Positions 10,659 to 23,544 of a stretch of 64,000 nucleotides of DNA are shown piece after piece. The position numbers were made by a program, and so were the translations under genes. Source of the stretch: Rhizaria sp. SCN 62-66 (taxonomy: Eukaryota); assembly GCA_001724265.1 (NCBI GenBank), contig MEDY01000073.1:1-64000 (forward strand), written 5' to 3'. The stretch's first letter is position 1; every line of letters starts with the position of its first letter. The notes under the pieces were generated by a model that was not told the DNA's origin, ran no database searches, and saw only the letters and a program-made list of their open reading frames with translations.

Positions 10659-12735
10659 TTAACCGCGGTACTCCTCCTCGTGCTGCTCGGCACGCGCGCG
10701 GTCGCGGTCCTGCTGCCCACGATCACTGCTATAGTGCCCACGATCACTGCGCTCACGGTCATAGCCGCGATCGCGGTCGTAGCCACGGTCACGGTTACGG
10801 TCGTCGCTGCGATCATGGCCACGGCCGTCATCGTACCGCTCCCCGCCGTAGTGCCTGCGGTCATCCTTGCCACTGCCGCTTCCGCCGAAGCCGAGGCCCG
10901 CGCCGCCGCTGCCGGCCAGATGGGCCCGGGGCCGGCCGACCCGCGAGCTGGCCCAGAGGTCACCACCGGCCTGGTTGGTCGTGTCCTCCTCCCGGAGCGT
11001 CTTGCGACGGACCTGGCCCTTAAGGCCCACGGGGCCGGCGACCTGGAGCCGCCGCGGGAGCTTGCTCTTGTCGCCTACGGCGTCAATGCCGGTCGGCGCG
11101 GAGACGTCGCGCGCGAACAGCGCCGCGTCCTCCGCACTCATCGCCTCGGCGTCGAGGAAGAAGGAACCCTTGTGGTAGCCGCGCTGCAGCGACGCGCCCG
11201 CGCCCCGCCCGCCCTCGCCCGCACCACTGTGACCGTGGCCGGCGGCGGTTCGGCTGAGCTGGGCCTTGAGGCGGCTGAGCTTCTCGCGCTCGACCTCGTC
11301 CAAGCCCCTGCGCTTCTCGCGCTCTTCGCCCTCGCGCGCGACCACGAGCCGCGCTACGACCTCGCGGACCACGCGCCGCAGCTCGCGCGCGCGCCAGAGC
11401 TCGGCCTCGCGCGCCGCCGCCGCGCTGCCGGGCGCCGCGTCGGCAGTGTCAGGGAACGGCTGCGCAGCCAGCCCGCCCGCGATGGGCGCGCCCGACGCGC
11501 GCGCGGCGGCGGCGGCGGCGGCGGCGGCCTCCTCGCCGGCGATGGCGGCCGCCGCGAGCTGCTGCGATTCAAGCCGCCGCTCGCGCTCGCGCTGCGCCGC
11601 GTACGCCGCGTCCGTGCGCACGCCGCCGCCGCTCGCGCTCGCCGCGTAGGCCTCGTCCGCAGCGGCCGCCGCGTCATTGCTGTCGTCATACGCGCCACTG
11701 CCGCTGCTGCTGCTGCTGCTGCTGCCGCTGCCGCTGCCGGCGAGCGTGTGGCGCTGGGAGCGCGGCACATAGACGGGGCGCGCGCTGAGCCCGCCGGAGC
11801 GCAGCGCGGCCAGCAGCGGGTCGCTCTGGTCCACGCGTGAGTCGTCGTCCTCGCCCTCGTCGTCGCGGTCGCCGCTGGCGGACGCCCTGTCTGACGCGGC
11901 CTGAGGAGAGGAGGGCGTTCAGCAGCAAAGCCACGTCGTGAGAGCAAGAAGAAGGAGAAAGAAACATATAGATTTACACAATAGAAGACATTAGGTTTAT
12001 CAAGTTTAATACACAGGCGCGCGATTTCGAGTACTTGTGATGTAGGTGAGCATGTAAGCTGTGCATGTGAACACGTACCTTGCGCGCGGCCTCCTCCTCC
12101 GCGGCCTTGCTTTGCGCCGCCTGCTGCTGCTGGTGCTGCTCCTTTTCGGCCATGCGCCGCCGGATCGCGGCGCGCCGGTCCTCGACCTCCGGGGCCGCAT
12201 TCGCACCCGCGCTGGCGTTCGCGGTGCCGTCGGCGGCGTCGTCTGCAGGAGCAGCTGCGACCGTCGCTGCGGATGCGTAGCGGGACCACCTGTCGCTGCT
12301 GTTGCTGCCGCTTGCCACCGCAGCACCGCCCTCGTCGTCGTCGTCGGGCGCGGCGAGCGCGCTGACGTCGACGGTGACTGCCTCGACCGCGGCCGGCGCC
12401 GCCGCAGACGAAGTGTGCACGTGGAATTGCGACTGGTACTGTGAGTACTGTACGTGTGGCGCTGACGCAGAGGCCTCCGCGGCGGAGAGCTGGTGGTAGT
12501 CGCCGTCAGTGCCGGCACCTGCGGCCGCGGCGTCGGCGGCGCCAGCTGCAGAGGCAGTGGCCTGGGCCTGCGCGAGGTAGCGCGGCGCCATGCCGGGGCG
12601 CAGGATGTCCTGCATGCGGCGGCGCTTGTCCACGCGCTGGCGCTCCCAGTCCAACTGCGACTGCAGCGCGCTCGCGTCGTCAACGACCGTGCGCTTCAGC
12701 GAGCCGGAGCCGCCGCCGGGACCACGGGAAGACAT
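10659..12735 (-). CDS. MFAP1: MFAP1/Spp381-like spliceosomal protein, about 632 aa, 2 exons (12735-12079, 11900-10659)
   Basis: ELWRARELRRV, QRGYHKGSFF and RDVSAPTG.D..DKSKLP..LQV....G.KG......LREEDTT match the MFAP1 C-terminal domain. Intron 12078-11901 (GTACGT...CAG, phase 0) keeps frame. RD/RY-rich tail. Confidence 0.82.
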
Positions 12736-13107
12736 CGCAGGGACAGGCGTGGGTGCGGGTGCAGGTCAGTGTACTTGCGTTTTGGGATAGGGTTGGGGAG
12801 AGAGCTCTGAGGGAGGGATACAGAGACGAAGACGAACTATATGAGATAAACAATTTAAAATACAGGCATGATAACGTCTGGTATATGCCGCACCCATACG
12901 ATTTTGTTGTTAACGGAGGTTTCAGCGCAGGACCGACGTTTCCTTAACGCCGCTTCTGTCCGTTGGTTTGTGGTAGTCGCGGTCGGTGCTCACGGTCATT
13001 TTTTGGTCCCGAGCCGGCCGCCCGGTCAGTCGGCCGACCGGCTCGTCATCCAGTGAGTGGTCGATCGGAGGTTGAACTGTTCCAACATCGTACACTTGAG
13101 TTCTTCA

Positions 13108-14946
13108 ATGTTCCGAGTTGCCTCAACGCTCACGCGTACTTCTAGTCTTGGGAAGTCGTGCATTAATCAGGCACGCACGTTCTCGGTGAAGAAGACCGAC
13201 TTCTTTGCTCCCTCAATCGAAGGTCCGTCCAGTCTTTGCAAATGGCCTCATCACTTTGCTTTTGAACTCGTTTTGAAGTGCATAAATCCCATATTTTTGA
13301 TTCGGCACGACAGTATATTACAGCAGAGTGATTCATGAACTTGTGATGTTATTTTTTCTACTCCTGTGCACAGACCACGGCGGCTTTTACTTCCGCTACG
13401 TCGAGAAGCCCCGCACGGTTGCCATCGTCGGTGTACCCCTGGCGCTGGGCCAGAACCTCGACGGCGTCGACACCGGTCCCCACGAGCTCCGCAAGGGCGG
13501 CCTTCACAAGCGCATCACGGCCGAGGATTGGGCCATCGAGGACACCGGCGACATCCAGATCCCCGAGGGCTCGAAGCGCCTCTCTGGCGCGGCCAACTTC
13601 CACTGCGCCGAGCCCATCTCGGCCGTCAACAAGCTCACCGCCGAGCGCACCTACAAGCTCGCCAAGGAGAACAAGTTCGTGCTCTCGCTTGGCGGCGACC
13701 ACTCCATTGCCATTGGCTCTATCGCGGGCATCCTCAAGGCCCGCCCCGACGCCGGTACGTTCGCGACTGGCAAGGCATCGCGCCGTTTATTATAATGCCC
13801 TACACTTTTTTCCTCGAGTTGTCCCGCTTTACCTCTTGAGCTGTTTCGTGCAATTTTTACATACCATATCTTTACACTCTTGTTCTATCGGCATGACTTG
13901 AAAAATGCACCAATGGTGCCTGATGTGTCTCACAATCTCTTTTTTATTTTCTGTCGGTCTTTCCCCTCTGTCCGCAGGCGTGATCTGGGTCGACGCGCAC
14001 GCCGACATCAACACCCCGCTGACCACCAACTCGGGCCACATCCACGGCATGTGCGTCTCGCTGCTGATGAAGCACCCCGACTCGATCAAGGCCCCCGAGT
14101 ACGCCTGGCTGCAGGACTACCCGGCGCTGGACCCGCGCCGCCTGGTCTACATCGGCCTCCGCGACCTCGACGTGGGCGAGAAGGCCACCATCCGCAAGTA
14201 CGGCATCAAGGCTTTCACCATGAAGGAGGTCGACCGCTACGGCATTGGCTCTGTCATGGAGCAGGCCATTGACCACCTGCGCTCACGTGAGGACCGCCCC
14301 ATCCACCTCACCTTCGACATTGGTACGTAAAAACAAAGCGTTTATCTGGCCCTCAGTTTGGACTTTCTTCGAGACACACTGTGGCGCTGACACTTGATAT
14401 CATTGCATAATTCGCATTTCGCATGCTCTGCCAGCTATTTTTGTATTTTAATAGTGTTTTATTTCGTGATTCTCAGCTGGATAACGGCTGTAGTTATCTT
14501 CGCAGCAATCAACCTTTTCTGCGCCACATGCCCTCAAACTGTTGAAGACACATTGCGCAGAACTGAAGACTTCGTTGTGGGTCACCAATATGTTTCTCTT
14601 TTGAAGTGAATTTGTAATGTTATGACTTCCCCTCTTTATTGTCCATAATGAACTCACGATTAGCTCATCAAACTTTTTTTTCATTTTCATGTTTCCCGTG
14701 TCAAATGTCTATCTGGGCCCAGACGGCGTCGACCCCATCTTCGCGCCCTCGACGGGTACCCGCGTCGGCGGCGGCCTGACCTATCGCGAGGCATACTACA
14801 TCTGCGAGGCCGTGGCCGAGACGGGCCAGCTGGCGTCGATGGACCTGGTCGAGGTCAACGCGATGCTGCAGCCCCAAGACGCCAGCCGCACCGTCGACCT
14901 CGCCAACGGCCTCATCGCTACCGCGCTCGGCAACACCATCCTTTAA
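13108..14946 (+). CDS. ARG: Arginase, 354 aa, probable mitochondrial presequence, 4 exons (13108-13222, 13374-13754, 13978-14322, 14723-14946)
   Basis: Ureohydrolase Mn-binding motifs GGDHS, WVDAHADINTP, SGHIHGM, IGLRDLD, FDI|DGVDP..APSTGT and DLVEVN. The three GT-AG introns give an exact multiple of 3. The N-terminus MFRVASTLTRTSSLGK is R/S/T-rich with no acidic residues. Confidence 0.93.
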
Positions 14947-15661
14947 GCGGGCCGCCGCTAGCCGGACAGGCCGCCACACTGCCGCCTGGCCGCTGCAGAC
15001 GCTCCTCACGCGTGATCTCACGGGGACCCGTTGCGCTCTCGATGAGCACGCAACTTCGGATGTCGCTGCGTGAGACGAGTGCTGCCTGGGATGCTTCAAT
15101 GCCATTTGGTTTGCCACGTTTGATTTGCTGTTTTTGTCATTTTTTTGTTGTTGTAATTGCTTAATATTTGTGAGCCCTTTTAACGCAACGAGGCGAACAT
15201 CACGGGGCAACGATTGCGCTCATTCCTATAGTGTTATCTTTATCGCTAGTCTGGTGACTGTTGCCTCTCTCTGCTACTTGTTGGGGGTGCATGGTTATGC
15301 TACACCAGAAGGGTGTCGTGGCATCATCCAACTTTTGTGATGCTTTGCTGTCATCACTTGTTGCGCTGTCGTTTGTTTCTTATTGTGTTTATTTCTTTTC
15401 TTAACAGCTTTGCGACGGAGGTTCGGAAGCGTCTTTTGCGTGCATATACTGCCCTGAGTACAATGTATTCAAGTTCATGTGCCAAATATACACAAATATA
15501 TAGATCTTACCTACAATTTTATCGATTTTTTCACTTCATTTCCTTTTTAGATGGTCTGCTTCGACCGTATGTTCACCTCTCAATTTGTTGTTTGGAAGCA
15601 CCCAACGGCTATACGCAGAAGGGTGTCAAGTTTTGAAATCGAAGCTCTTGTACTGACGTGC

Positions 15662-15672
15662 AACTTCCGTTG
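15662..15672 (+). promoter_or_regulatory. Recurrent promoter motif AACTTCCGTTG (core ACTTCCGT); other copies at 5173, 24310, 28345 and 58611
   Basis: The same 8-mer occurs in sense orientation upstream of five plus-strand genes. The 11-mer is identical at 5173 and 15662. Confidence 0.55.
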
Positions 15673-15715
15673 TTCTCACTGCAAGATCTAAATACGAAGT
15701 TGGCACAAAGAGATC

Positions 15716-17034
15716 ATGCCACCTCGTAAAGTAACATCCGCGAATGTTGCATCTAGCGAGCCTATTCGCTCTCCTGCTGAGGAGCGACTTCACCAGCTCA
15801 AGGTTCGTCTTCGTCCTGTCTCTGGATCTCTAATGTACTTTGGTTTCGATCATGACCGACATAACATCAATATATTATTGTCTTGTTGTCCTTTGTAGAT
15901 GCTGAACATGTGCAATGCACACATGGAGACAATGAACTCCGCCCTCAGCGTAATTTCTGCCCAGATCAGGGGCGCAATCGAAACAGTACGTTCACTCTTC
16001 TATTATGCTATGCACCACACCATATTTACACCTTCTCGCAAAGGTAACTATCTCACACAATATATTTTGTTTTTTTATTGCAGGTTTCTACGACGGACAA
16101 GCTGGCTGAGCTCTGGCTGTCGCTGCTGGTTCGTTCCCGTCACACCACCTCGTCCATCGCGGCACTCACTGCGCCCCACCGCCCCGCCGCGATCCCCGCC
16201 GCGCTGCTCTCGCCCTTTCTACCCGGCACCGGCCCCGCGCTTGCCCCCGCGCCCGCACCCGGTGCCCGCGCGCTGCCCGTGCCCGACTGGCCCTCGACCG
16301 CCGCCCACCGGGCCGACGGTGACGACCTCGCCGCGCTCAACGCCCGCGCACACGGCCACAGCGACGACGACGAAGGCGACGACGACGTGGACCGCGCCGG
16401 CAGCAACAACAACCTCGGTCCGCTGCGGTCTGCGCTGAAGCGCACGGGCCGCAAGGCGGGATTCGGCCTCGCGCCGCCCTCGCGCCGCCGCAGCGCCGCG
16501 ACCGTGAGCCGCACGGGTGCCTCCGCCGCTGCCACCGGGACGCGTGGGCGCACGCGGCCCAACTTCTGCGCCTCGGACTCGGAGCCCGACTCGGACGTGG
16601 ACCTCGGCGCCCCCAGCCGCGGCAACGGGGCGCGGGGCCGCAGCCGCAGCCGCGGGCCCGCCGCCACTGCCGGCGCGTATGCTTCTGCTGGTGCTGCTGG
16701 AGCGAGTGCGGTCAAGAGCAAGAGCGACGGCAGGTCTCTGTCGCGGCCGCGCGCCGGCGTAGTCGTGACCGCGGCCGCGACGGGCGCGCGCGTGCGTAGC
16801 AGCAGCCGCGGTGTCCCCTCTGCTTCCGGCTCTGGCTCCGGCTCTGCTGCTGTTCGAGACGTGCCGCAGTCAGCAGTTCGCCTCGGCCCCCGCTCCCGCC
16901 TCGCGCAGCTCAACGGCAGCAGCGCTGGCGGTGCGCAGTATAGCGACGCGGCGCACGGGGACGCTGTGACACCCGCTAGGCCCCGGGCGGGCTTGGGCCG
17001 CCCCTCTCTCGGCACGGCCGTGAGGCGCCGGTGA
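15716..17034 (+). CDS. Probable DASH/Dam1 kinetochore complex subunit Duo1, about 374 aa, 3 exons (15716-15802, 15899-15985, 16084-17034)
   Basis: Spliced N-terminus EERLHQLK|MLNMCNAHMETMNSALSVISAQIRGAIET|VSTTDKLAELWLSLLVRSRHT...PDWPS...DDLAAL follows the Duo1 pattern (coiled coil, T..T..L...W..IL....H, P.W). A basic R/S-rich tail follows. Two phase-0 introns (GTTCGT...TAG, GTACGT...CAG). The gene model is solid; the family call is by eye. Confidence 0.6.
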
Positions 17035-17442
17035 AACAGCACTAGCTAAGCCGTTTTTCCCGCCGTTTTATGATGGCCAGCTATATCAAACTGCTGCCGA
17101 AGCGATGTTACATAGTACACCAACAATAGAACCCATTAAACCCGTTTTTTTTTTTTAACCGCATATCCAGCCCAATTATAATCCACTGTATCAACATGGA
17201 GTAGACAGACGTATCTGGAGCAATGAAAAGCGAGATTGATACATACTATTAGGTCTGTAAAAAATGCTTTATGAACTGAACTGTGTGTAATATGTATTAT
17301 GTGATAAGTCTGCTTGATCTAATGAAACTGTCGTATTCTACTATATATCACAGACTGTCTTAATTGTTGTCACATTTCACATGCAACGACAATTTCCATC
17401 AGTCATTCTATTTATTCTATTATTCTAGGATTGCAACATTTC

Positions 17443-20400
17443 TTAGTTCGATTGGCGAGGCTTGCGAGACGAGCGGATCCGCTGCTGGCCACCATCATTG
17501 TTGCCTCCATAGCCCCAGTTCCCGTTGTTGTAATTGGGGCCGTTGTTGTTGAAATTGTAATTTTTGTTGGAGTTGCCGTCGCCGCCATGGCGTTGGCCCT
17601 GACCCTGCTGCTGCTGCTGGTGATGACGCTGGTGGGACTGCCCATGCGAGCGCGATTGCATTTGCACTAACAAAGCTGCATGTTGCTGCATCTGCTGCTG
17701 CATTTGCTGCTGCTGCTGTGCCATCTGCTGCTGTTGCAGCTGCTGCATTTGCAGCACCTGCAACTGCTGCTGCTGCGCCTGCGAGAGCATCCAATCGACT
17801 GGCATCGGCGGCCGCTCGAATACGAGCCTCAGCGGGGCTGCACGCTCTGCGAGCCGCTGCAGCAGCCCCTCAACGAGCGCGTAGTCGGGCTGCGATTCGA
17901 ACTGGAGTGTGCGCAGGTGCTGCGCAAACACGAGCATCTCCACGGGCAGGCTAGCCGGGTGAGACCAGTCCGCGCACGCCGCGACCGGGGCCGCGCCCGC
18001 CGCGCCCGCGGCGGAGTCGCCCGCTCCACAACCGCCGGCCGCGGCCTCGACGGGGCTGACGACAGAGATGCCGCCGACGGAGCCGATGCCGAGGGGACTG
18101 GTGGCCATGTCCTCCGCGAAGGGCTCCAGGCACCCGCCGACCTCGCGCGAGTAGCTGTATGCGCTCTCGACGCCAAAGTCAGAGTCGCTGCTCCCAGTGC
18201 AGCTGTTAGCGTTCGTGTACGTGGACATACTTGCAGTGTAGCCAGACATCTTCGCTTTGGACGAGCTCTTGCTTTCCGAGCCGTCACTGGCGCCCAGGCG
18301 CCAGCGCCGCGCGCGCTCGGAGTAGGCGCGCGTGCCCTCGACCTCTGCGCGTACGGCGGCGACGTCCGCGGCCTGGACGATGAGCTCCGCAGCGAGCTCG
18401 TCGGCGTACTTCTTCTTGCCGAGGTAAACCTGCTGGCGCGAGCACTTGACTGAGCGCCAAGGTAGCCCGCCTGCAGCCAGGTCGGCGGCGATGTAGAAGA
18501 GTGACCACAGGTCGTCGACGCGGCCCAGGTCGCCCATCTCGTGCGCGCGCAGCGACGCGTACATGACGGTGCCGCGGAAGTCGGCCGTGGACCGCGGCGG
18601 GTATGGCACCAGTGTCTGCGGGTGGCGGTACTCGCGCGCGAGCCCCAGGTCGAGCAGCCACAGCTTCGTCACCCCGCCGTGACCTCCCGTGCCGTCGTCG
18701 TGCGCGGGCAGCGTGACGCCGAAGGGCAGCGCAAAGTTGGAGGGCTTGACGTCGCGGTGCAGGTAGCCGGCGTGGTGCAGGTGCGCCAGCGCGAGCAGCA
18801 TCAGGCGCGACAGCCGTGTCGCGTGCGACCAGCCCAGCCGCGCATACACGCCGCTGCACGCCGCCACTGCACCCGCCACGGCGTCCGCGCCGCCGGACAG
18901 TGCGCCGCTGTTTCCGCTGTTGCTGCTGCTGTTGAGCGCGAGGGCGACGTCGCGCGGCGAGATGTCGTAGCCGTAGCCGCAGCGCAGGTTTTCGCCCTTG
19001 ACAGGGTCGAGCCTGCGCAGCCACGCCACATCGGGCCCCACCAGCCCCATCGCCATGCAAGTCAGCTGCGCCGCGCCCGACGAGGCCTTGGCCGCCAGAA
19101 CCTTGGCCGCCGCGGCCGCCAGCGCCGCGCTGTCGGCCGTCACCGTCGCCGCCGCCGCGGCGGCCTTGGCGGCCGACAGCGCGGTGGGGCATGCGCATGG
19201 GTCGGCAGCAAGCGCCGCGGCGGTGGCAGAGGCGGCGGCGGCCGCGGTGGCAGCCGTGGTCGCCGCGGCGACGCGGACCGAGATCGAGACGTTTCCGTTC
19301 GAACTGCTGCCGCTGCTGTTGGCGCCCACAGCCGTAGAGTTTGTAGCGGCCGTGGGTGGTAGCGTCGGCAGCGCCAGCAGGGCGGGACTCGCCTCGGAGC
19401 CCGCAGCGGCGGTGGCGGCTGCAGACGCGGCTTGGGCGTGCGATGATAGACAGCCCAGCGGCGGCGAGCCGTTGCTGTTTTTGGCAGCAAGACTGTTGCT
19501 GCTGCTGCTGCTGCTGTTACGGCCACTGCTGCCCGCAAGGGGCTGTTGCACGCGGCCCCAACGGAGTCGGCCCGCGGCTGCGGAGGCGGCGGCCGCGGCG
19601 GCGGCAAAGGCAGTCAGGAACGCGCTGTGCTGCGGGTTCACGGCGCCCTTGGCAACCGCGGCCGCCGTCGCCGCCGTTGCCGCGGAGCGCGCGAGACCGG
19701 CGACGAAGCCCACGTCTGCGGTCTTCTCTTGCCCGTGTGTGACGTTCGCGGCGGTGGCGGCGGCAGCGGCGGCCGTAGCAGCTGCGGCGACAGCGGTGAG
19801 CGTTGCCTTGGCAAACATGGGCGAGAGCGCGGCGAATGACAGCGCGAGAGGCAGCGGCACGTTGCTGTTAAGGCTCGCGGGCGGCGGCAGCAGGATGGCG
19901 GGCGCCGCACTGGGCCCGGCGTCGGTGACGATCGCGCTGAAGCCGTAACAGTTGCTCATCTGACTGATGAAGCAGTTGCGGCTGCCGTAGACGTCGTGGG
20001 CAAACAGCAACGTGCGCGTCATGCGGCTCAACGGGGTGCAGAGCTTCGCGTCAGAGGGCAGGTCCGCGGCGCACTCGGCCGACACGGACCGCGGGAACAC
20101 CGGCGGCGCGGCCATCTGCGCAGCCGCCTCCGCCGCCGCCGCGCTGGCGCCGTCGGCGAGCACATGCGGCAGCGGCGGCGGCTTGACTTTCGGCGCAACC
20201 GCGCGGCCGAGCTCGGCGCCGATGACCGTAGGCAGCACGAAGGCGCACTGCGAGTCGACGTAGCCGTGGAGCGGGGCGACGGGGACCGAGGGCTGCAGGT
20301 GGTACACGAGCTCGCACTCGCCGCGCAGCATGTGTTTGTCGCGCATGAGCTTCTCGCTCTTCTCCACCTTGAGCGCGAACAGTACCACGCCGCGGCTCGC

Positions 20401-21016
20401 GCCGTCGCCGCCGCCGCCGCCATCGACGCCGTCCGAGTGAGCGCTCAGTTCGACGGGTGCGCTGAGGGCCGCAATGTAGACCTCGGCGAAAGTGCCCTGG
20501 CCGATGACTGGGCCGACCGCAATGCGCGGCGCCAGCAGCGCCTGCAGCGCCTTGTGCCGGTTGCGCGCGCGGTCCGACACCGCGGCAGGCGGGGACGGGA
20601 ACTGCAGCGACGGCGGCTGCTGCTGCTGCTGCTGATGTTGCGGTGCATGCTGCTGCAATTGTACCTGCAGCTGCGCCAGCTGCGCAGGATGGAGCGAGCC
20701 GTCGGGCGACAGAAGTCCGCTCGCATTCCCAGAGATGTCAGAGAAGATTGAGTGGTCGGCAGACAACAGCTGCTGCTGCTGCCGGCCGGCGGTAAGCGCC
20801 AGCGGCTGCTGTTGGCCCGGGTGGGGCGTGCGCGCGCCGACGGTGGGCGTGCCGGTGGGCACGTTGCGGCCGCCCCACGTGCCGTCAACGAGGCCGCTGC
20901 GCGCGACGTCCAGCCGGGGCACGACACTGTTCTCGCTGGCGCCGCTGCTGTCGCCGCCGTAGCTTTGGCCCGCGCTGTGCAACTGCTGCTGCATATGCTG
21001 CTGCTGCTGCTGCTGC

Positions 21017-21100
<84 letters not shown>

Positions 21101-23510
21101 GTTGTTGTTGTTGTTGTTGTTGGCGCAGGTGCATGTGTGGGTTGCGTCCTTGTTCCTGAGCCTGGGTGCCGCGATTAGGACCATCGTAAGGCCCGTTGTT
21201 GCCGTCTTCGTAGTTAGGGTTGTACTGGTTGTGGACGTTGTCGTTGCCGCCCGCGTAGTTATCGGACCCGCGACCGTAGCCGCGGCCTTGGTCGCGGTCT
21301 TGGCCGTGGCCGCGGCCGCCGTAGCCCGAGTCGTTGGCGCCGCCGCGGTAGCCACTGTTGTAGCTATCCTGGATGTTATTGTAACCGTTGTTGTTGTAGT
21401 TCGCGTTGCTGCCACGGAAGTCATTGTTGTTGTTGTTTCCAAAGCCACGCTGATGTTTGTTATTGGAATGGTAGTTGTGATTTTTCGAGTTGTTGCCGTC
21501 GTCGTCGTCCCCATAATGATAACCGTAGCTCCGGCGGGAGTCGTCGTTACGATTGTCATCGTACTTTGAATTATTACGCCCGCGACCGTGATCCCGACCC
21601 CTGTCCATGCGCTCAAGGTCACGATCATTGCCGCTTTGCTGACCCCAACGCACCTGGCCCAGCGAGTGCATCCGCAGCTGCACAGTCGCCTGCTGCTGCT
21701 GCTGCTGATGCATATTTTGCTGCTGATGCTGCTGGGAATGCTGACCAGACAGCGGTTGGATTTGAGTCTGTGATTCGGATGATGCGTCACTTACAGCGTC
21801 ACGACCGAGGCCGGTGTCGGCGTTTGCCGCCGCAATCCCGACTGCAGTAGGGTCAGGGGGGCACGCCGACGACGAAGGTGCAGACTGATAGTCTGGTGCC
21901 GCAGCATGGCTCGCCGCGCCTGCAGCCGCGACCGCTGTGTCAGCGTCATCCCGCATCGCACTCTTCACGCCACTTGCGCCGTGACTGGCCGCGGGGACGC
22001 CACCGTCGCCGTGCGCGCCCGCAGCGCCGTCGCCCTCCACAGCGTCGTCAGGGGGGCCATCGCTGGCGACGCGGCGGCGCGATGGCTCAGGATAGCCGTC
22101 AGTGCGCTGAGCGCCAGCAGCCGCGTCAGCGGTGCTCGTGCTGCTGCTGCTGCGACTCTCACGGCCACGGTCGCGGTTGCGGCTGCTGCGGCTGCGCTGA
22201 CCGGAGTCGTCGGAGACGTCGCTGTCGTCGCTGTCAGACTCCGAGTCGCCGTTGCGCCGGTCGCGCCGGCCCCTCTTCCGGTCACTATCCCTCTCCCTGT
22301 CCTTGTCGCGGTTGCTGCGGCCGCTGCGGCTGCTTCCACTGCGGCTGCTGCTGCGGCGCCGGCCGCGGTCGCCGTCCCAGTCACTGTCGCTGCCACTGCC
22401 GCTGCTGCTACCGTCGAATTCGCGCTGGCGACCACGCAAACTGCGACCGCTGCGACCGCTGCGCTTCCGGTCACGGTCGCGGTCGCGGTTATGGTCATTG
22501 TTACGGTCACGACCACGGTCACGACCACGATCGCGGTCGCGGGGACTGCGCTCACGGTCGCCGCCACGGTCCCCGTCCCGGCCGCTGCGCTCGCCACCGT
22601 CCCGCTCGCGGCGCAACGATGACGACGACGATGCCGCTGCTGCCGAGGGCGCTGTGAAAGAGGGCGACGATGACTGGACAGGGCCATACGCTTGCTCTTT
22701 GGCCGAAGCTACGCCGCCCAGCGCGGCGTCCTTCCCGACAGTCTGCTCCCAAGGACGCTTCTTGCTTGAGCTAGAGCTCGAACTGCTAAAGATCGTCGCA
22801 CCACCCGTCTCGCGCCCGCGCTCGCATTCGCGCTCGCGGTCGCGGTCACGGTTATGGTCACGGCCGCGGTCGCGGTCGAAGTCGCCGCGGTCGCGAGCGC
22901 CGCTCTGGCCCCGCAGCGTGGGCGACGGCGGCAGAGCGGGCACCGCCTGCGCCTGCGCCTGGGACCCCGCCGGCGGCTGGCTCGCGAACGCCAGCGGCGC
23001 CGCCGCGGCCGTGGGCGCCGCAGCGGCCGGGTAAGTCGCGCGCAGTTCCGCCGAGGCCGACGAAAGCGTCGCCAGCAGCAGCCGGCCCATGCCGGGGCCC
23101 GCGCCGAGCGCGCGCGCGGCCGGGGCAGCGGCAGCCGCGCCCGGGGGCCTGCTAGGGGCCGCGCCGGGGGGCTTGCTGGCCACGCGCAGAGACGCGGCGG
23201 GCTGCTGCTGCGCTTGCTGTTGCTGTTGTTGCGTCTGAGCGCTCTTGGCAGTCGTGACAACCTTGCGCACAGGTGTCGCCGCCGCCGAATCAGTCGTTGT
23301 CGCAGCCGCCGTAACAGCCGGTGGTACCGCAGGCTCGGTGGCTTTCACGATCGCCTTTGTGTTTGGAGTCTTGAGTTCGTGCTTCTTGCTTCCACTCTTG
23401 CTGGCGCTGGCATTTGCACCAGTCTCGCCGCCAGTGCTGTTGCCGCCAAGCGTTCCGCTACTATTCGCGCTGCTGGTCGAGCTGTTAATGTTGTCACCGC
23501 TGCTACTGCC

Positions 23511-23544
<34 letters not shown>

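Noticed and set aside
12939..12975. TTTCCTTAAC (U12-type branch consensus) and TTTGTGGTAGT (U1 Sm-region-like)
   Set aside because: No RTATCCTT donor upstream or acceptor at the right distance, and no ATACTTACC U1 5' end. Treated as chance matches.
14323..14722. Longest intron (400 nt, arginase intron 3) as a possible snoRNA host
   Set aside because: No clear RTGATGA...CTGA box pair with terminal stem, and no H/ACA layout, could be identified.
20445..21100. Poly-Asn/Ser C-terminus of the 1218-aa ORF and poly-Thr ORF 20885-21790
   Set aside because: Alternative-frame readings of the CAA/CAG repeat, caused by the 1-nt gap.
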